From: Archangium sp.
Lineage (GTDB): Bacteria > Myxococcota > Myxococcia > Myxococcales > Myxococcaceae
Length of the DNA stretch: 29,349 bases
Reading direction: 5' to 3'
Assembly (NCBI GenBank): GCA_031367385.1
Contig: JANLPS010000007.1
Location: forward strand, 1-29,349
Numbering within the stretch: position 1 is the first letter of the stretch; every line of letters starts with the position of its first letter. The position numbers were made by a program, and so were the translations under genes. Positions 25,971 to 29,349 of the stretch are shown piece after piece. Below the pieces are notes generated by a model that did not search any database, was not told the origin of the DNA, and saw only the letters and a list, made by a program, of their open reading frames with translations.

Positions 25971-26507
25971 ATGAACACGAAATACCTGTCGTTGGTCGCC
26001 GCCGTTGCGCTGGTCTCGACGCATGCCTTTGCCGATGAAGTTTTTTCGTCGCGCCATGGCCGTGAAGAGCAGCGCAACATCTTGCTCTTTAACCCTGGAG
26101 ACCTCTTCAGCGGGGTCATCAGCCTCGAATACGAGCGCGCGCTGGCCCCCTTCTTCGGGTTGGCGTTTGGCGCGTCATTCACGACGTTTCGCGGCGCGTT
26201 TACCCCTGCCGACACCACGAGCTACACCGCCTTCGGCCCTGAGATCGCGGCGCGGTTTCACTTCATCAAAGACGCTCCGGGCGGTCTGTGGTTGGGGCCC
26301 TCGATTCAGGGCGCCTACATCGCCGCGCGCTCGAATGGCACCGTGAGCCGGGCCTTCGGCTACGGCGTCGGCGCAGCCATCGGCTACAACTTCATGCTCT
26401 TTCGGCACTTCGTGTTTCAAATCGGAGCCGGCGGTGGCTTCAACGACTACGGCGACGGCCTCGCGTGGGCGCCCCGTCTGAAGCTCGGGCTCGGAGGAAG
26501 TTTCTAA
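25971..26507 (+). CDS. Small outer-membrane beta-barrel protein (DUF3575-like)
   Basis: Signal peptide ending AFA, Gly/aromatic-rich amphipathic strands (SLEYERAL, GAAIGYN, LKLGLGGSF), terminal Phe. Confidence 0.8.
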   Translation: MNTKYLSLVAAVALVSTHAFADEVFSSRHGREEQRNILLFNPGDLFSGVISLEYERALAPFFGLAFGASFTTFRGAFTPADTTSYTAFGPEIAARFHFIKDAPGGLWLGPSIQGAYIAARSNGTVSRAFGYGVGAAIGYNFMLFRHFVFQIGAGGGFNDYGDGLAWAPRLKLGLGGSF

Positions 26508-26656
26508 TTATTTCGCGGTGCTGAGTCTCTTGAACCCAGAGCATCGTGCCCTACTCGGGGCCGAGGCTGGTTATTTCCCCAACGGCCAGTTCCGGCTGTA
26601 CAACAATGCTTCAGGTTCGAGATCGGCGGTTTCAGACAGTGCAAGGGGTCACGGAG

Positions 26657-27070
26657 ATGGACGCGAAGGCGCTCAATATTCTCGTCGTCGACGATGATGA
26701 AGTCGACGTGATGAACGTGATGCGGGCCTTCAAGAAAATGAACATCACCAATGCCCTGTACGAGGCGCCCAACGGCGTCGAGGCGTTGAAGATGCTCAGG
26801 TCGAATGCGGTGCCAGCGGAGCGACGCCTGGTGCTGCTCGACATCAACATGCCTCGCATGAGCGGCATCGAGTTTCTCCAAGAGGTTCGAAAAGACCCAG
26901 CGCTCAAATCGCTCTCGGTGATCGTCTTGACCACCTCGAACGCCGACCGCGATCGCTTCGAAGCCTATGAGCTCAACGTCGCTGGCTACCTGGTGAAACC
27001 CGTCTCGTTCGTCGATTTCGTCGAGCTCATGGCCGCGCTCAACCGGTTCTGGACGCTGGTCGAGATCTAA
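26657..27070 (+). CDS. Single-domain response regulator (Rcp1-like)
   Basis: ILVVDDDEVD, LLDINMPRMSG, VLTTS, AYELNVAGYLVKPV, C-terminal FW. Confidence 0.92.
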   Translation: MDAKALNILVVDDDEVDVMNVMRAFKKMNITNALYEAPNGVEALKMLRSNAVPAERRLVLLDINMPRMSGIEFLQEVRKDPALKSLSVIVLTTSNADRDRFEAYELNVAGYLVKPVSFVDFVELMAALNRFWTLVEI

Positions 27071-28482
27071 ACCGTCTGACCGTGATGCGGTAGCCGTACG
27101 GTGAAGCGGGTGCCGTCATCGGCCGAGGAGCTGACCGTCACTTCTCCCTCGTGGGCTTTGACGATTTCGCGGGTGATGTGGAGCCCCAGGCCGAGACCGT
27201 CGCGCAAGGCCTTGTCGCCAAGCTGCACGAAAGGCTCGAAGATCAACGCCTGGGCTTCGGGTGAGATGGGCGCTCCGCGGTTGTGAACGGTGAACAGGGT
27301 GGCGTTGTCGTCGGCGCTGAGATCGACGCGAACCACCGAGCGATCAGGGCTGTGCTTGAGAGCGTTGCCAATCAAGTTCGACGCGACTTGCGCGAAGCGA
27401 TCGGGGTCGAGCTGAACCTCGGCCTTTTGGGCATGCACCTCGACCGTGCGATCGCCGTACGCCAACCGCAGCTCGTCGACCACCGATTCAATCAGTTCGT
27501 GCAGCGCCACCTTTTGGCGAACGATGGGCAGGCCACCGCCCAAGCGAACCCGGGTCAAGTCGAGCAGCTGCACGATGAGGTTGGTCATGCGCTCGGCGCT
27601 GGCGCGAATGTGCGAGACGTAGCGGCGCTCACGCTCGTCGAGGTTGGGGCTCTTGGCCAACAGCGACGAGGCCTGCTTCACCGCCGACAGCGGGTTCTTC
27701 AAGTCGTGGCTAGCGACGCCCATCAGCTGCTCGCGCAGCGAGAATGAGCGGCGCTCTTCATTCTTTTGAGCCGAGACGTCGAGCGCGGTGCCGAACACCG
27801 AGCGAGGCGCGTGGCGTTCGCGGCGACCGCGCAGGTCGACCCAGTTCGAGGTACCGAGCGGCAGCTGCAGGGTCAGCTCACCCGAATCGAGCGCCAGCGT
27901 CAGGCCCTCGCGCTCTTTTTCAGGAAACACCGAGACGACCTCGTCGCGGCTCCAGTTGGGGGCAGGAGCGAGGCCGAGCAATTGGGCGAAGCGTTCGTCA
28001 CCGGTGAAGGCCTTCGCGCTCGGGTCGTAGCTCCAGGTACCCATGCGGGCGGCGTCAACCGCCAGTGCCAGGCGGGCCCGGGTGCGCTCGGTCTCGACCC
28101 GCAGCCGGCTGCTCTCGAGCGCGGTGCGAACGACCTTGCGCAACTGATCGGGTTTGAGCAGCACCGACTTCGACACGTAGTCTTCAGCGCCCGACTTGAT
28201 GGCGTCGGCAGCGACTTCTTCGCCACCGTTGCCCGAGAGAAAAATCGCGGGCAGGCCGGGTTGCACGACGCGAAGCTGGGCCAACACTTCAGGGCCTTGC
28301 AGCGGCGGCAAGAAGTAGTCGACGACGGCCAGGTCGTAGGTCATTTTCGAGACTGCCGCCAGAGCGCCATGCGCGTCAGCGGCCTCGTCGATGACACCTT
28401 CGCTGGCCAACGCCCGTCTCAGACCCATGCGATCGATGGCGTCGTCATCGATGATGAGCAGTCGGGGGCTCTCTGGAAGCAT
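27067..28482 (-). CDS. Hybrid sensor histidine kinase (REC, short PAS-like region, HisKA, HATPase), cytoplasmic
   Basis: LIIDDD...VVDYFLP receiver, ASHDLKNPL H-box, NLIGNALKH N-box, IFEPF, GLGLGL. No TM segment. Confidence 0.92.
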   Translation of the reverse strand: MLPESPRLLIIDDDAIDRMGLRRALASEGVIDEAADAHGALAAVSKMTYDLAVVDYFLPPLQGPEVLAQLRVVQPGLPAIFLSGNGGEEVAADAIKSGAEDYVSKSVLLKPDQLRKVVRTALESSRLRVETERTRARLALAVDAARMGTWSYDPSAKAFTGDERFAQLLGLAPAPNWSRDEVVSVFPEKEREGLTLALDSGELTLQLPLGTSNWVDLRGRRERHAPRSVFGTALDVSAQKNEERRSFSLREQLMGVASHDLKNPLSAVKQASSLLAKSPNLDERERRYVSHIRASAERMTNLIVQLLDLTRVRLGGGLPIVRQKVALHELIESVVDELRLAYGDRTVEVHAQKAEVQLDPDRFAQVASNLIGNALKHSPDRSVVRVDLSADDNATLFTVHNRGAPISPEAQALIFEPFVQLGDKALRDGLGLGLHITREIVKAHEGEVTVSSSADDGTRFTVRLPHHGQTV

Positions 28483-28538
28483 GAGGGGGCTCTCATACGG
28501 TCATTGTCCGCTCTCGGTAAAGCCCGAGGAGCTTTCAG

Positions 28539-29348
28539 TTACCCTGCCACCGGCGCAGGTTCTTCGCCCGCTCCCCCCGGCGCGGTGCGCCAGGTGGGCA
28601 GACCCCACGTCTCGAGCTTGCGATAGAGCGTTCGACGGTCGATGCCGAGCATGTCTGCGGCGCGGCTGCGATTGTCTTGAACCAACTGAAGCACCCGTAA
28701 CACGTACCGTTTTTCGAACTCGTCGAGCGGCACGATCTCTTCGGCCTCGTCGACTGACACCTGGAAGCGTTCGCGTTGGTACGAGCGGAGCTTCTCGGGC
28801 AGGTCACCGACCGAGACCTGCTCGCCGCGCGCGAGGGCGGTCAGGCGCTCGATGCAGTTCTCGAGCTCACGAACGTTGCCGGGCCACGAGTAATTGAGAA
28901 TCTTCTGCGCCACGTCGGGCGAGAGGGTGAGCACCGGGCGGTTGTCGCGCTTGCACACACGCTCCAGAAACAGGGTCGCCAGGTGCACCACATCCATCCC
29001 CCGGTCGCGGAGCGGCGGGAGGTCGACGCGAATCACGTTGAGCCGGTAGTACAAGTCTTGGCGAAAGCGGCCAGCCTCGACCTCGACCTCGAGGTCTTTG
29101 TGGGTGGCGCAGAGCACCCGCGCGTCGAAGGCGACCTCGGCGTTGCTGCCCAGGGGCTTGACCTTGCGCTCCTGCAGGGCGCGCAGCAACTTGGCCTGGT
29201 TGTCGAGGCTCAGCTCGGCGACCTCATCGAGAAAGAGGGTACCGCCAGTGGCCTCGATGAAGAGACCCGTTCGCGCCGCGCGTGCGTCGGTGAAGGCGAT
29301 GACCGATTGGCGCCGGCCGATTCGACAACGCCCGTGGGTCTTCGTCGG
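28539..29348 (-). CDS. Sigma54-dependent enhancer-binding protein with Fis-type HTH, C-terminal part
   Basis: AFTDA, GGTLFLDEV, QAKLLRALQE, RFRQDLYYRLNV, WPGNVRELEN, NRSRAADMLGIDRRTLYRKL. The frame is open to the window end, but recognisable homology stops near 29298. Confidence 0.9.
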   Translation of the reverse strand, partial: PTKTHGRCRIGRRQSVIAFTDARAARTGLFIEATGGTLFLDEVAELSLDNQAKLLRALQERKVKPLGSNAEVAFDARVLCATHKDLEVEVEAGRFRQDLYYRLNVIRVDLPPLRDRGMDVVHLATLFLERVCKRDNRPVLTLSPDVAQKILNYSWPGNVRELENCIERLTALARGEQVSVGDLPEKLRSYQRERFQVSVDEAEEIVPLDEFEKRYVLRVLQLVQDNRSRAADMLGIDRRTLYRKLETWGLPTWRTAPGGAGEEPAPVAG

Positions 29349-29349
29349 C

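Noticed and set aside
26547..26612. Coding-like fragment RALLGAEAGYFPNGQFRLYNN upstream of the response regulator
   Set aside because: Too short, with no start context; it cannot be told from chance.
27766..28626. 286-aa plus-strand ORF
   Set aside because: It is antisense to the histidine kinase and has no motifs.
1..29349. CRISPR arrays, tRNA/rRNA genes, transposases, integrases, phage or defence genes
   Set aside because: No spaced direct repeats, RNA gene signatures or relevant protein motifs were seen.

Overview
GC-rich bacterial DNA whose gene content points to Myxococcota (inference from the eps gene order and the DUF1592/DUF1552 pair). There are four blocks. (1) 1-5267: a partial di-haem cytochrome c peroxidase/MauG-family lipoprotein that the ORF track misses, a DoxX-like membrane protein, an unknown 601-aa lipoprotein, and a glutathione S-transferase followed by a hypothetical gene. 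(2) 5315-18423: a compact Myxococcus-type exopolysaccharide locus (epsZ-wzx-epsY-epsX-epsW-epsV-GT2-BY pseudokinase, plus an epsA-like WecB/TagA transferase). A polysaccharide deacetylase and a DUF1592/DUF1552 pair sit inside it, and no wzy is present in the window. (3) 18677-26507: a stress-type island with YihY, four small unknown proteins, PEP carboxylase, a BON lipoprotein, a bacterioferritin-like protein and a small beta-barrel. (4) 26657-end: a single-domain response regulator, a hybrid histidine kinase and a sigma54 enhancer-binding protein whose homology breaks about 50 bp before the window end. The best candidate for an undescribed system is in block 3. Four sigma54 (-24/-12) promoter motifs share an upstream YCACWGTGR-like element about 57-69 bp from the -24 box. 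One of them drives a promoter-to-terminator operon of four uncharacterised small proteins, and a candidate activator and kinase lie next door. All family calls come from motif recognition, not database searches.
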